Made by a program: the position numbers and the translations under genes
Source: a virus
Lineage: Duplodnaviria > Heunggongvirae > Uroviricota > Caudoviricetes
Virus record (IMG/VR): IMGVR_UViG_2737471838_000004
Location: 1 to 55,334 of that record
DNA length: 55,334 nucleotides
Direction: 5' to 3' (one strand)
Notes under the pieces: generated by a model
Seen by the model: the letters and a program-made list of their open reading frames with translations, nothing else
Told to the model about the DNA's origin: nothing
Databases searched by the model: none
Shown here: positions 9,608 through 18,209 of the stretch, piece by piece
How the letters are laid out: the number at the start of each line of letters is the position of its first letter
How positions within the stretch are numbered: the stretch's first letter is position 1

Positions 9608-10281
9608 TTGTCAGATCTCCATATTGAGTTGGTCTGTCGAACATACGCAGGCCGCATTTGCTCGCGGCGGCTTAATAGTCCGGCATTGTCATGATGCAAA
9701 ACAGTATTGTCTCCCAGGTAAATCATCGCGTGACATGGGTCAGCGCCTTTAAACGGCTGGCGGATAATCACATCACCTGGCTGAATGCTTTGCGCGTCAA
9801 CCTGATAAAACCCGTTTAGCGGCAAGTTTTTTAAATACAGGTTTTCCCCACGCAGCCACCACCCATCGTTGCGCTCAAAGTCCGGTAGATCCACGCCACA
9901 AAGGTGATAGGCGTCACGGAAAAGCGAGTAACAATCTGTTTTCCCGTGCTCAAATTTACGGCCCAACAGGTGAGCCACCGGGCGGAATTTTCTAACCATG
10001 CCACCGGAACACAAATACCACGGCAGGCCGGAAATAACCTGCTGTTGTCGATCCCGTGCTGACAATATCAACGAATTGTCAGTATGGGAGTGAAAAACGG
10101 CGGTTATAACGCCTAATTCGTCAGCTTTGATATAATCGTCAGGCGATATTTTAAAGCTGTTGTGCGGCGTTTCAGACACGTTTAAGCACGGGTAAAAATA
10201 ATCGTTATCTATCACCAACCCGCACACTTCCTCGCGCTGGTGGGCTGCCGCATAGCGAATCATTTTATCTTCAAGTGCCAT
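9550..10281 (-). CDS. K: tail assembly protein K (MPN/JAMM + NlpC/P60 domains)
   Basis: ORF 9550..10377 trimmed to the ATG abutting the L stop; JAMM motif HSHTD and NlpC/P60-like Cys (DCYSLF); conserved position between L and I. Confidence 0.75.
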   Translation of the reverse strand: MALEDKMIRYAAAHQREEVCGLVIDNDYFYPCLNVSETPHNSFKISPDDYIKADELGVITAVFHSHTDNSLILSARDRQQQVISGLPWYLCSGGMVRKFRPVAHLLGRKFEHGKTDCYSLFRDAYHLCGVDLPDFERNDGWWLRGENLYLKNLPLNGFYQVDAQSIQPGDVIIRQPFKGADPCHAMIYLGDNTVLHHDNAGLLSRREQMRPAYVRQTNSIWRSDKCSNLDLRAIFEDITARCV

Positions 10282-10283
10282 AA

Positions 10284-10988
10284 TTAACCGACCTTGCTTG
10301 ATCCGGGGAAACATGAAATTGGTAACGGATTGGGGCGCGGGAAACGCAAACGGCAACCGCTCAGGCGGTGGCTGCATTTATCCAGTTTTGGATCGCTGGT
10401 CGATTCGTCTTTATCTGTAGCTACAGGGCCGCCACTGTATCCGCAACCGTCGCCCCGGTATTGCCACTGGCAAACGTCAGCGAGGATTGTGCGCCCAGGG
10501 ATAACTGCCTTGTCGGCATCAATTGGCGTTGAAAGTTCATATTGCACCTGGTCGGCTGTTTCTTCGCTCATCGCCTCAACGACGTAAAAAGATACAGCCT
10601 CGATAGATGGATCTGCATCTGGATTGCCATTGGGGAAGTTGACAGCGTCCAGATATTTTACTTCCACCTGGCGGCGCGTAACCTTCATTCCTCGCAGGTC
10701 GTTGAAATCGTTGTTCATCCCGGTGATTAGCCCGCCAATGTTGGCTACTACCATTTGCGGGCGCGAGTAAACGCCTTCGTTTTTCATTTCGAAGCCAGTA
10801 GCCTCGATTGGGTAGCTGTTGTAAGCCAAGCCCTTCCAGATAACCGGGCCGTAATAGCCATTCGTGCCGGAATGGAAGCGGATAACCTCGCCACCCAGGG
10901 GCGTGAGGTCTAATTCAAACAAGTCAATTACCGCTCCGACCCCTGCATCGACGGAATCAATAATCATTTCTGTAGGTATGCTGCGCAT
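10284..10988 (-). CDS. L: minor tail protein L
   Basis: 234 aa; clear similarity to lambda gpL (FLDAVNF.NGN, RGD.CGYSG, DKCS..LSGC). Confidence 0.85.
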   Translation of the reverse strand: MRSIPTEMIIDSVDAGVGAVIDLFELDLTPLGGEVIRFHSGTNGYYGPVIWKGLAYNSYPIEATGFEMKNEGVYSRPQMVVANIGGLITGMNNDFNDLRGMKVTRRQVEVKYLDAVNFPNGNPDADPSIEAVSFYVVEAMSEETADQVQYELSTPIDADKAVIPGRTILADVCQWQYRGDGCGYSGGPVATDKDESTSDPKLDKCSHRLSGCRLRFPRPNPLPISCFPGSSKVG

Positions 10989-11041
10989 TTTATCACCTTG
11001 TCATTTTGTGATCGCCATCACGCTAAATCATACCAAAACGG

Positions 11042-11070
11042 TTGATAGCGCTTTTTACAATATGTATATT
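11042..11070 (+). promoter_or_regulatory. sigma70-like promoter of moron cassette B (TTGATA-17-TATATT), -10 overlapped by inverted repeat ACAATAT-gt-ATATTGT
   Basis: near-consensus -35/-10 with 17-bp spacer in the L/M intergenic region, upstream of plus-strand ORFs. Confidence 0.4.
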
Positions 11071-11116
11071 GTACTCAAAAGGAAGCATGGTTAACAAAAT
11101 GGCGCGGAGGTGTTAT

Positions 11117-11272
11117 ATGGCTGACAAGGTGTGGAGGTTGACGGTGTTCCTGGCTGATGGCAGGGAAATGACTGTAGCTCTGTATAAAGACGAAGGCGAG
11201 GCACTGACTGACGCGCTTTTACTTGCTGAAGATGACCGCGTTTTGGGGTACAGGATAGAACCTGTCAAATGA
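11117..11272 (+). CDS. hypothetical small protein (moron cassette B)
   Basis: ORF 11042..11272 trimmed to the ATG preceded by GGAGG (MADKVWRLTV...); alternative start at 11087. Confidence 0.4.
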   Translation: MADKVWRLTVFLADGREMTVALYKDEGEALTDALLLAEDDRVLGYRIEPVK

Positions 11273-11284
11273 GAGGTTAACAAA

Positions 11285-11638
11285 ATGCAAAAGTATCGTC
11301 TTGATGTCTGGATGGCTGGTAGTGATGATTGGGAAGGTTACGGCTTGCATGACAGTTACGAAATGGCGGTCGAGGAAGGAGAAAAACTCGTTCGATTCTT
11401 CGGTCGCGCAAGAGAATTCAAAATTACTCCAGTACAAATACCGGATAAGGTGGAAGATATGAACCCGAAAGATATTAACTTTAACGTCAATGTTGAATTT
11501 GCTGATTCTATGGATCAATCTTGCCCTGGCGAAATACACGCAAAAGGTTTCCCGGCTGACGATCCTGAAGCAAAACGTGAATACGAAAAAGCGGCAAAAG
11601 ATTTCTGTATCGACAATTTGTCTGCGTTCAATAAATAG
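11285..11638 (+). CDS. hypothetical protein (moron cassette B)
   Basis: 117-aa ORF, acidic, tightly spaced after previous ORF. Confidence 0.5.
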   Translation: MQKYRLDVWMAGSDDWEGYGLHDSYEMAVEEGEKLVRFFGRAREFKITPVQIPDKVEDMNPKDINFNVNVEFADSMDQSCPGEIHAKGFPADDPEAKREYEKAAKDFCIDNLSAFNK

Positions 11639-11647
11639 GGTGGGAGT

Positions 11648-11896
11648 ATGGCGCGGCGTAATCACGGGGATTATGTGTACACGTTGAAACAGGCCGCCCG
11701 CCTTATCGGTTATCATGAACACGAATTTATTGATTTGCTGATTGAGCGCGGGATACTGTACCAGGTCTGTTTAACACTGTACCCGAAAGCGAAATACCTA
11801 CAGGAAAAGTTATTCATCATCATGACGGATGAAAACCAGGTCAACCATTCATTCGTTACTGATAAGGGCGTTAATTATCTGCGTGATAACTTATAG
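11648..11896 (+). CDS. hypothetical protein, possible HTH (moron cassette B)
   Basis: 82-aa ORF; GGGAG RBS; segment YTLKQAARLIGYHEHEFIDLL resembles a helix-turn-helix. Confidence 0.45.
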   Translation: MARRNHGDYVYTLKQAARLIGYHEHEFIDLLIERGILYQVCLTLYPKAKYLQEKLFIIMTDENQVNHSFVTDKGVNYLRDNL

Positions 11897-12052
11897 GTGA
11901 CAGATTATGAAAAATAGAAGTTTTGGCGCTAATAATAATGGGACTGATAGTATTTGGCGTTCATGCTGCCGATTGGGACTGGGCGGCGATAGCCAATAAT
12001 ATGGCGCACGCACACCCAATGAGTTTGCTGTATATTAACTACTAAAAGAAAA

Positions 12053-12080
12053 CCCCGCACGAAGCGGGGTTGTTTTTATA
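12053..12080. terminator. bidirectional rho-independent terminator, near-identical to the one at 4521..4550
   Basis: stem CCCCGC/GCGGGG, loop ACGAA, T-tract; about 41 bp including the preceding AACTACTAA shared with the 4509..4550 site (2 mismatches). Confidence 0.6.
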
Positions 12081-12276
12081 CACCATCAACCAAAAATAAA
12101 ACCTCCTTGCCTTCCCTGGATCTGCATCCTACATACCCATCACCAACATCATGAAGATACCATGTATCGCCATTGTCAGCCTTTACAGTAAGGTCGTTGA
12201 TCTCGTAGTCGTCAAATAATGTAAAAGCGTCAGTTTTGTCCACTACACAAGTCCCGTACATAACAACCACCCCCAA
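12076..12276 (-). CDS. hypothetical small protein downstream of M
   Basis: 66-aa ORF immediately after M on the same strand. Confidence 0.35.
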   Translation of the reverse strand: MGVVVMYGTCVVDKTDAFTLFDDYEINDLTVKADNGDTWYLHDVGDGYVGCRSREGKEVLFLVDGV

Positions 12277-12630
12277 TTAGCCAACAACTTGCTCAAATGT
12301 TGCGTTTAGCGTGTATACAGGCCCGTCCTTTGTCATACTCCAGCTACGGCAAACAAAAAGCCTTTGCACGCCATCCATAGACGGCGACCAGTAAAAAGCC
12401 TCGACAGCGCCGCGCGCCCTCAAGAATGCTTCTGCCTGGATCGCCACGTTCCCACTATCACCGCATCCTGCGCTACTGCCTTTAAAAACCAGGGTGTAGC
12501 TATCAAGCAACGTGTTAATCCCTTTCGCCTGGCGCTGTTCATAACCATCACCAAGTTTAACGACCGACACATTTGGTTCCCTGGTCACGCTGTAGCTTCT
12601 TTGCGGCGTCCATCTGAAAACTTCCGGCAT
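12277..12630 (-). CDS. M: minor tail protein M
   Basis: 117 aa; lambda gpM-like motifs (FRW.P, GDGYEQR, FEQVV); GGGGGAA RBS. Confidence 0.8.
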   Translation of the reverse strand: MPEVFRWTPQRSYSVTREPNVSVVKLGDGYEQRQAKGINTLLDSYTLVFKGSSAGCGDSGNVAIQAEAFLRARGAVEAFYWSPSMDGVQRLFVCRSWSMTKDGPVYTLNATFEQVVG

Positions 12631-12729
12631 GATTCCCCCTATAAGTTACATATTGCATACATCTTTACGCGCTTCTACGCGAAAAATGATAACTTCGTCA
12701 CAAGAATTATACCCAGTTTACGAAATGGC

Positions 12730-12758
12730 TTCACACAGGACGCAACAAGATGTATACA
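12730..12758 (+). promoter_or_regulatory. candidate promoter of moron cassette C (TTCACA-17-TATACA) with upstream AAATGGC module
   Basis: 17-bp spacer; the 12-mer AAATGGCTTCAC is shared with the cassette D promoter at 15951..15962. Confidence 0.35.
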
Positions 12759-12799
12759 GAAAGCAAGAAGAGAAAGCAGTACCGACAAAGGGGGCCAAT

Positions 12800-12955
12800 A
12801 TGGAACGCTATGTAGTGGTAATGCTAAACAAAGCATTCGAACAGGTGGAAGTTGCGATTGTGAAGGGTTTTGATGATGCATTCAAATACGGTCAATTCAT
12901 GATGAATGCAAAAGAAGATGAATACCGTGATTTCTTCCTGAAAGTGGTCAACTGA
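12800..12955 (+). CDS. hypothetical small protein (moron cassette C)
   Basis: ORF 12629..12955 trimmed to the ATG with AAAGGGGG RBS (MERYVVVMLNK...). Confidence 0.4.
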   Translation: MERYVVVMLNKAFEQVEVAIVKGFDDAFKYGQFMMNAKEDEYRDFFLKVVN

Positions 12956-12975
12956 TTGATTGCGTGGGGTGAGTT

Positions 12976-13230
12976 ATGAAATTGGTGGCGATTGGCAAAA
13001 ACCTGAAAGCACAGAAAAACGCACAGGAACGGATCATCAAAAAAGGCAAGGCTTTATTAAATTCTTTCCTGAAAAAAGAGGCCAACCCCAAAAAATTACG
13101 CGATGGCTACGGCTATAAATTTGACATCAACCCCGATTGGCGGTTATTCAGCGAAGATTTAAAGATGTGGTTAATTATTGACCATCTGGAATACAACCGC
13201 CACTGTGGCGTAAAAGGGGCGCATAAATGA
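12976..13230 (+). CDS. hypothetical basic protein (moron cassette C)
   Basis: 84-aa Lys-rich ORF. Confidence 0.45.
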   Translation: MKLVAIGKNLKAQKNAQERIIKKGKALLNSFLKKEANPKKLRDGYGYKFDINPDWRLFSEDLKMWLIIDHLEYNRHCGVKGAHK

Positions 13231-13533
13231 GGTGAAATATGGATGACGATAAATTCACCTGGCGGGAGATCTGGAACATCTGGCAGGTGATGTTTGCTCG
13301 CAGCTACATAGCAAGAAACGGCAGGTTGTGATTTGCGGAGGAAAATAAAATGAAAAACCCGGCAAATAAAAGCAATGTAAAACGTATGGCATGGGTGCTA
13401 AAATATATGGATAGCAAAGGGGATACATATACATGTCCATTTTTCAGGTATACTGACGCGGTGTTTACAAGAAGTGTACACGGAGGGAAAATTGAGAGAG
13501 GATATACAAGATTTGAGAATAACTAAAAGATAA

Positions 13534-13560
13534 CCCCGGCATTGTACCGGGGTTTTGTTT
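13534..13560. terminator. bidirectional rho-independent terminator (cassette C / tape measure gene)
   Basis: stem CCCCGG/CCGGGG, loop CATTGTA, T-tract TTTTGTTTATTTG; preceded by TAAAAGATAA. Confidence 0.55.
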
Positions 13561-15907
13561 ATTTGCGGCGCGGTTGCAACATTCCTCCCGGTCGTTGCGA
13601 TTCCCTTGCCATCATTTTCATTGCTACGCGCTCCATCGTCTGCTCAAGTCTGCGGCTATCTTCGTCGCTAAATCCGTTTGTGGTCTGAACTGTGATTTGC
13701 ACAGGCATATTGATGCCGCCACCATTGAAGAGATCGCGGCCAGGAATTACCCTACCATTTTCGCCAGGAATCATATACTGACGCCCGTTGCTCGTCTGGA
13801 ATAGCTCAGGTATTCCGTGTTCCCCTACTCGATACAGGCTACCACCATTAACAGAACCACCATTATAACGCCCGCCACCAAAGATTGACGTTGCCAGCGA
13901 CATGATCGCAGAAAGCGCCGCAGCACCAGCCGCCGCCCAGCTACCACCAGTTGACGCAGCCGTAGCCGCCGCTGCCGGGGCCGCCGCCGCTGCAATCTGG
14001 CCTTGTGCCGCTACCGCGCCTGCCGTGGTACTTGCTTGCGTGGCCTTGCTTTGTGTTTCCATCATTAACTGATCTGCTATCCAGTTAGCGGCAATTTCTG
14101 ATAGTTTGTTGCCAACGGTGTTAAGTATGCTACTTCCCAGGTTGGCAAAAACCTCGCTTAATGATTGAGTACCGTTTAACAGTCCTGTAAGGGCATTGCC
14201 CATGCCACCTTTCAGGCCGCTGGCGCAAGCGCCGATCAGTCCGTTTGTTTCGCTTTGCGCCTGCCATTGCTCCCACTTCAGATCCCGGATCTGTTGTTCG
14301 TATTCCAATTGCGCCTGTCTCTGTTGCGCCTCTGTAGCGCCCAGGTCCAATAGCATTTGCTTTCTTACGGCCCATTCATTTTGCGCCTGTTTGATTGGGT
14401 CAATTTCGCCCTTAAGCTGGTCCATTGGGCTAACTATGTGGTCCCATTTGTCGCGTAGCTCATCAACAGGGATTTGCGCCAATTCGTCCTTCAGTTCCTT
14501 GCCTATACCTTTCTGCGCGGCCTTGTACTCAAGGAGGGTTATTTTTCCCTGGGCAAATGCGGCGTCAATGGCCTTGCCGTTCTCCAGTGCTTTACGCATA
14601 GCGGCGGCGTCTTTGTTGTACTGGTCAGAGACTTTTATACCTTCATCACCAAGCCGATCAGCTTCAGATTTCTTGTCTTTTTTGCCCTTTTTACCTTTTT
14701 TCGGTTTACCAACTGGCTGATCGAATCCCGTGATCTTACCATCGTCAGCCTCACCCTGTTTCTCCATGAACTCATCATAGGCGGCAGTTGCGTTTTTAAT
14801 GTCGTTTGCAAACGTCATGACCTTACCAACTGTAGGGCCAAATTTCTTCTCGTTGTTGCTATTTAGCTCTTCCTTGCGCTTGTCAATGATTTCCTTCATC
14901 CATTTGTAGCCATCCATTAGCGCCTTGATTGGCGTTACCATCCTGATAATCTCTTCCGCCACCTCGCCAGCCTTAACAGCAACATCATCAAACATGTCGA
15001 TAAATTCGCTGCCAGCCGTTTTTAGTGTATTGAAACATGTTGCGGCGAATTTTGCGCCTTTACCTAATCCCTCAACGCCACCAGTGATTAAGTCTATTGC
15101 CGACACAACGCCATCTGATATGCCGAAAAGATCGTCTAGCTGTTCGACAAGTCCCATAACCTCAACTTTAAGCTCGTTGAAGGCCATGCCGGATGTGCGC
15201 GGCAACTGTGCGAACTTCTCGTTTGTTTCCTGCGTGGCGGCCTGGATCGCGTTAAGCATCCTTTCAGCAGTGATCTTGCCGTCCAGCATTTCAGCGCGGA
15301 ACTGACCCATTGACAACCCCATCTGTCGGGCCATTTCCTGTATGATTGTTGGGGTGTTGTCACGGATTGAGTTAAATTCTTCAGCCTGCAACACGCCAGC
15401 ATCAATAGCCTGGCGGAACTGGCGCATGGAGTTTGATAGTTGTTCCGCAGACACGCCGCCCAGGTTGCCGAGTTTTTGCAGCGTGCTAACCAGGTTGAGG
15501 ACCTGGCCTTCCGTAGCGGATGTGTTTTTTAGCGATATAGCAAGACCTTGCCACAGATCGCCAGTATCCTTGAGGCTTTGGCCTGTTTCTTTTGATATTT
15601 CTTTCAGTCTATTGAAAACGCGTTCCGTGGCCTCCGCTTCACCTGTAAGCAGTTTGATTTTTACGCGAAGCATTTTTGCCTGCTCCGCCATGTCAATAAA
15701 CTGGCGAACCGCCTCCGCAGCAAGCAACAGATGAATGACCCTGGATAGTGCTTTGATTGAAGTCTTAAGCGTGTTCACCTGGCGGTCAGCGCGTTTTGCG
15801 CCACGCTCGATACTGTCAAAAGCCTGGTCCGCCTGTCGCTGAGCGACTAGAAGTTGACCAGTTTTTGCATCAACTTCGTAATAAATTGTACCTAAACTGG
15901 TGGACAT
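13559..15907 (-). CDS. tail length tape measure protein
   Basis: 782 aa; long alpha-helical protein with Gly/Ala-rich C-terminal part; positioned between tail chaperone and M. Confidence 0.85.
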   Translation of the reverse strand: MSTSLGTIYYEVDAKTGQLLVAQRQADQAFDSIERGAKRADRQVNTLKTSIKALSRVIHLLLAAEAVRQFIDMAEQAKMLRVKIKLLTGEAEATERVFNRLKEISKETGQSLKDTGDLWQGLAISLKNTSATEGQVLNLVSTLQKLGNLGGVSAEQLSNSMRQFRQAIDAGVLQAEEFNSIRDNTPTIIQEMARQMGLSMGQFRAEMLDGKITAERMLNAIQAATQETNEKFAQLPRTSGMAFNELKVEVMGLVEQLDDLFGISDGVVSAIDLITGGVEGLGKGAKFAATCFNTLKTAGSEFIDMFDDVAVKAGEVAEEIIRMVTPIKALMDGYKWMKEIIDKRKEELNSNNEKKFGPTVGKVMTFANDIKNATAAYDEFMEKQGEADDGKITGFDQPVGKPKKGKKGKKDKKSEADRLGDEGIKVSDQYNKDAAAMRKALENGKAIDAAFAQGKITLLEYKAAQKGIGKELKDELAQIPVDELRDKWDHIVSPMDQLKGEIDPIKQAQNEWAVRKQMLLDLGATEAQQRQAQLEYEQQIRDLKWEQWQAQSETNGLIGACASGLKGGMGNALTGLLNGTQSLSEVFANLGSSILNTVGNKLSEIAANWIADQLMMETQSKATQASTTAGAVAAQGQIAAAAAPAAAATAASTGGSWAAAGAAALSAIMSLATSIFGGGRYNGGSVNGGSLYRVGEHGIPELFQTSNGRQYMIPGENGRVIPGRDLFNGGGINMPVQITVQTTNGFSDEDSRRLEQTMERVAMKMMARESQRPGGMLQPRRK

Positions 15908-15940
15908 GATTTAACCTCGTAAAGTGTGATCCTGATCTCT

Positions 15941-15986
15941 ATTTTATACAAAATGGCTTCACTTCAACGAATACATTTTGTATAAA
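15941..15986 (+). promoter_or_regulatory. candidate promoter of moron cassette D (TTCACT-17-TATAAA) bracketed by a perfect 13-bp inverted repeat TTTATACAAAATG / CATTTTGTATAAA
   Basis: inverted repeat arms overlap the -35 upstream region and the -10; located just upstream of plus-strand small ORFs. Confidence 0.4.
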
Positions 15987-16280
15987 GAGGCTAAAGGAAA
16001 GGGATAGAGTAAAGGGATTTAGAAGACCGGATTAACCGGAGGAAGCAAAAGAGGATAAGAAAATGAAAAACTACTACCGACCCAACGAGCATGAGCACTA
16101 TGCCGACTTTATCGAAGAAATGCTGAAAGCACTTAAAAACAAGAAATAAGCTGGGCAGGCAAATGGACACAATCAAAACAGTTATAGATGTATATATTAC
16201 GGCATGGTTAGCATTTAATGTGATGGCTGTGCTAGTGCTGGCAATGACAACCGAAGATAAACGTAATTAGGGGGTGTATC

Positions 16281-16583
16281 ATGGAAATGGTAATTTGCTT
16301 CGTAGGATTCATCGCAACTATGGTTGTGGCTCAGAAAAAACATCTGAATATGCTATTGGCATTCTTTGGTGCGCTGATTTGCTGGCCTGCTGTATTGATT
16401 TACGCACTGTGTGTTAACAAAAAGATGTTTAAACACTACGTCGATGCATTGACTTTCGTTAACATGGAGTACCCAAACGCAACTGACGTACAGAAAACAC
16501 AGGTTGCAACTTACCTATACGATAACGTGTACGATATTCACGACCTGGATGAGGCAAGATGCAGATTTGCAGCATACAAATAA
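16281..16583 (+). CDS. small integral membrane protein (moron cassette D)
   Basis: 100 aa with two hydrophobic helices; preceded by two mini-ORFs (about 16063..16149 and 16164..16271) and followed by a terminator. Confidence 0.5.
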   Translation: MEMVICFVGFIATMVVAQKKHLNMLLAFFGALICWPAVLIYALCVNKKMFKHYVDALTFVNMEYPNATDVQKTQVATYLYDNVYDIHDLDEARCRFAAYK

Positions 16584-16591
16584 AGATAAAG

Positions 16592-16618
16592 GCCCGGTTA
16601 ATTCCGGGCTTTTTCTTG
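16592..16618. terminator. bidirectional rho-independent terminator (cassette D / tail chaperone gene)
   Basis: stem GCCCGG/CCGGGC, loop TTAATT, T-tract TTTTTCTTG; preceded by TAAAGATAAA. Confidence 0.55.
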
Positions 16619-17278
16619 CTCGCGTTTTTTCATCAATTCCAGCACCCTTTTAGCGGCCTCCATTTGCTCATCATAATCACGTTTATTTATCTGAACGTTT
16701 GGCTTACGTTTCTCGTTTCTTTCGTCTGGTGGCGTTTTAGCGCGTACAGCGGCCCTATATCCGGTCATTGTCATACCCCACGCCTCAGACTCAGACAACC
16801 CCAGGTGAGCAACGGCAGAATAAACATACTCAAGGATGTCGAATGTTGGCTTGTACTCACCCTCCTGGTTTGTGACCGTGTCTTCATCTGGTCCGTCACC
16901 AATTAAACCGTGATACATGCAGTGTTGCGCCAGTGTGATAACGTCGCTGGTGGGCATCAATCCAGGTTTTAGTCTTAACTTACCAGAAGGAGTAAAGCTG
17001 CATTCGCCCAATAACGGGCCTATTTCGTCCTCTGAGCAACATTTCAGGACGTGGATGGACGTTTGCACTAACTCACCATAACAACGCGCCAGAATGCGAT
17101 TGCGGAGGTCTGTATCCGTTGGCAAGCGTTGTGGGTATTTGCCACCATGCACCGTTGCGAAATATTCAACCAGTTCCCTGTCACTGCCGATCTTAGCCAT
17201 TGCAGCAAAGCAGGGATTGAATTCGTAACGTCTGCCATCAACCACAACCGCAAACTGTCCTGTTCGAACGTGAATCAT
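16598..17278 (-). CDS. putative tail assembly chaperone
   Basis: ORF 16598..17287; sits between major tail and tape measure genes, acidic with basic C-terminal tail; no obvious G/GT frameshift partner; start probably ATG at 17278 (GGGTGA RBS). Confidence 0.4.
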   Translation of the reverse strand: MIHVRTGQFAVVVDGRRYEFNPCFAAMAKIGSDRELVEYFATVHGGKYPQRLPTDTDLRNRILARCYGELVQTSIHVLKCCSEDEIGPLLGECSFTPSGKLRLKPGLMPTSDVITLAQHCMYHGLIGDGPDEDTVTNQEGEYKPTFDILEYVYSAVAHLGLSESEAWGMTMTGYRAAVRAKTPPDERNEKRKPNVQINKRDYDEQMEAAKRVLELMKKREQEKARN

Positions 17279-17286
17279 AGTTGTCA

Positions 17287-17315
17287 CCCTAAAAATAAAG
17301 GGGCCAAATGGCCCC
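17287..17315 (-). terminator. stem-loop terminator/attenuator after major tail gene
   Basis: GGGGCCATTTGGCCCC hairpin followed by TTTATTTTT on the minus strand. Confidence 0.45.
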
Positions 17316-17326
17316 GATGTTAATAT

Positions 17327-17809
17327 TTACTGTTGCACTGACGGAACGTCACCTACTGTGACCTTGCCAGCGCTTTCGCACTCAATTGACCATGTTGATA
17401 CATCGTCGTGCGGATCTTCTTCTTTAAAGGAGGTGCAAAGGAACGGGCCTTCTGTTACGTCGAGCGGAGAAACGAGTTTAAGCCAGACGTAAGGCTGCGC
17501 ACCAGTTGTTTCGCCAGGGTTAATAACGTGGCGTTTAAGTACTTTCTGGTTGTGGATTTCTTCGGTGCGGGATACGCCGTCACCTGAGAAGGCAACAGAT
17601 TTGTAAGTTACCAGTGATTCTTTGGTGTAGTCTGCTGATTTATCAGCGGTGGCGTCTGCGGTTTCCCATTCTACGGAAAGAGATTTGCCACGCATCATGC
17701 CTAACGCTTTATAAGCGCCTTCTTCAGGTTTCGCATTAGGGCAAGCGATAGCGTAAAATACGGCAACGTCGCGGCCTAAGAACGAACCTTTATCACAAGT
17801 CTGAGACAT
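17327..17809 (-). CDS. major tail (tube) protein
   Basis: 160 aa; position and composition typical of siphovirus major tail subunits; followed by an attenuator hairpin. Confidence 0.7.
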   Translation of the reverse strand: MSQTCDKGSFLGRDVAVFYAIACPNAKPEEGAYKALGMMRGKSLSVEWETADATADKSADYTKESLVTYKSVAFSGDGVSRTEEIHNQKVLKRHVINPGETTGAQPYVWLKLVSPLDVTEGPFLCTSFKEEDPHDDVSTWSIECESAGKVTVGDVPSVQQ

Positions 17810-17822
17810 GTTTAGTTACCTC

Positions 17823-18209
17823 TTATCTAGATATGATGGTTTGGAAAGCTACGGTGAAAATAAAGCGCCCTTCTCTCGTCTGCATTGCAGGAATAGCGCC
17901 AATTGGTTTCATGTGAGTAATTTTATCAGTTTTGTATTCGGTTATCATACTCTGGCGTATTGCGTCGGCGAGGTCTTCCACTTCACTGATATTTGCGTCA
18001 TTGCGTGCTGAAATTACCAGGATGCGGAAATAATCACGGGTTACTGCTTCTTCACCAGCCGCGCCACCGTTTTGCTGTATGACAATGTACCTGTCGTTAT
18101 TCGAATTGGATCGCTCATTCCAGAAACGGGCCTGCAAAATATAACCTTCGTCGTACCCGTGGGACTTAATCCAATCCCTTATTTCGTCATATACTTCGCT
18201 GCGTTTCAT
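17823..18209 (-). CDS. tail completion / head-tail joining protein
   Basis: 128 aa; conserved position in head-tail joining block. Confidence 0.5.
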   Translation of the reverse strand: MKRSEVYDEIRDWIKSHGYDEGYILQARFWNERSNSNNDRYIVIQQNGGAAGEEAVTRDYFRILVISARNDANISEVEDLADAIRQSMITEYKTDKITHMKPIGAIPAMQTREGRFIFTVAFQTIISR

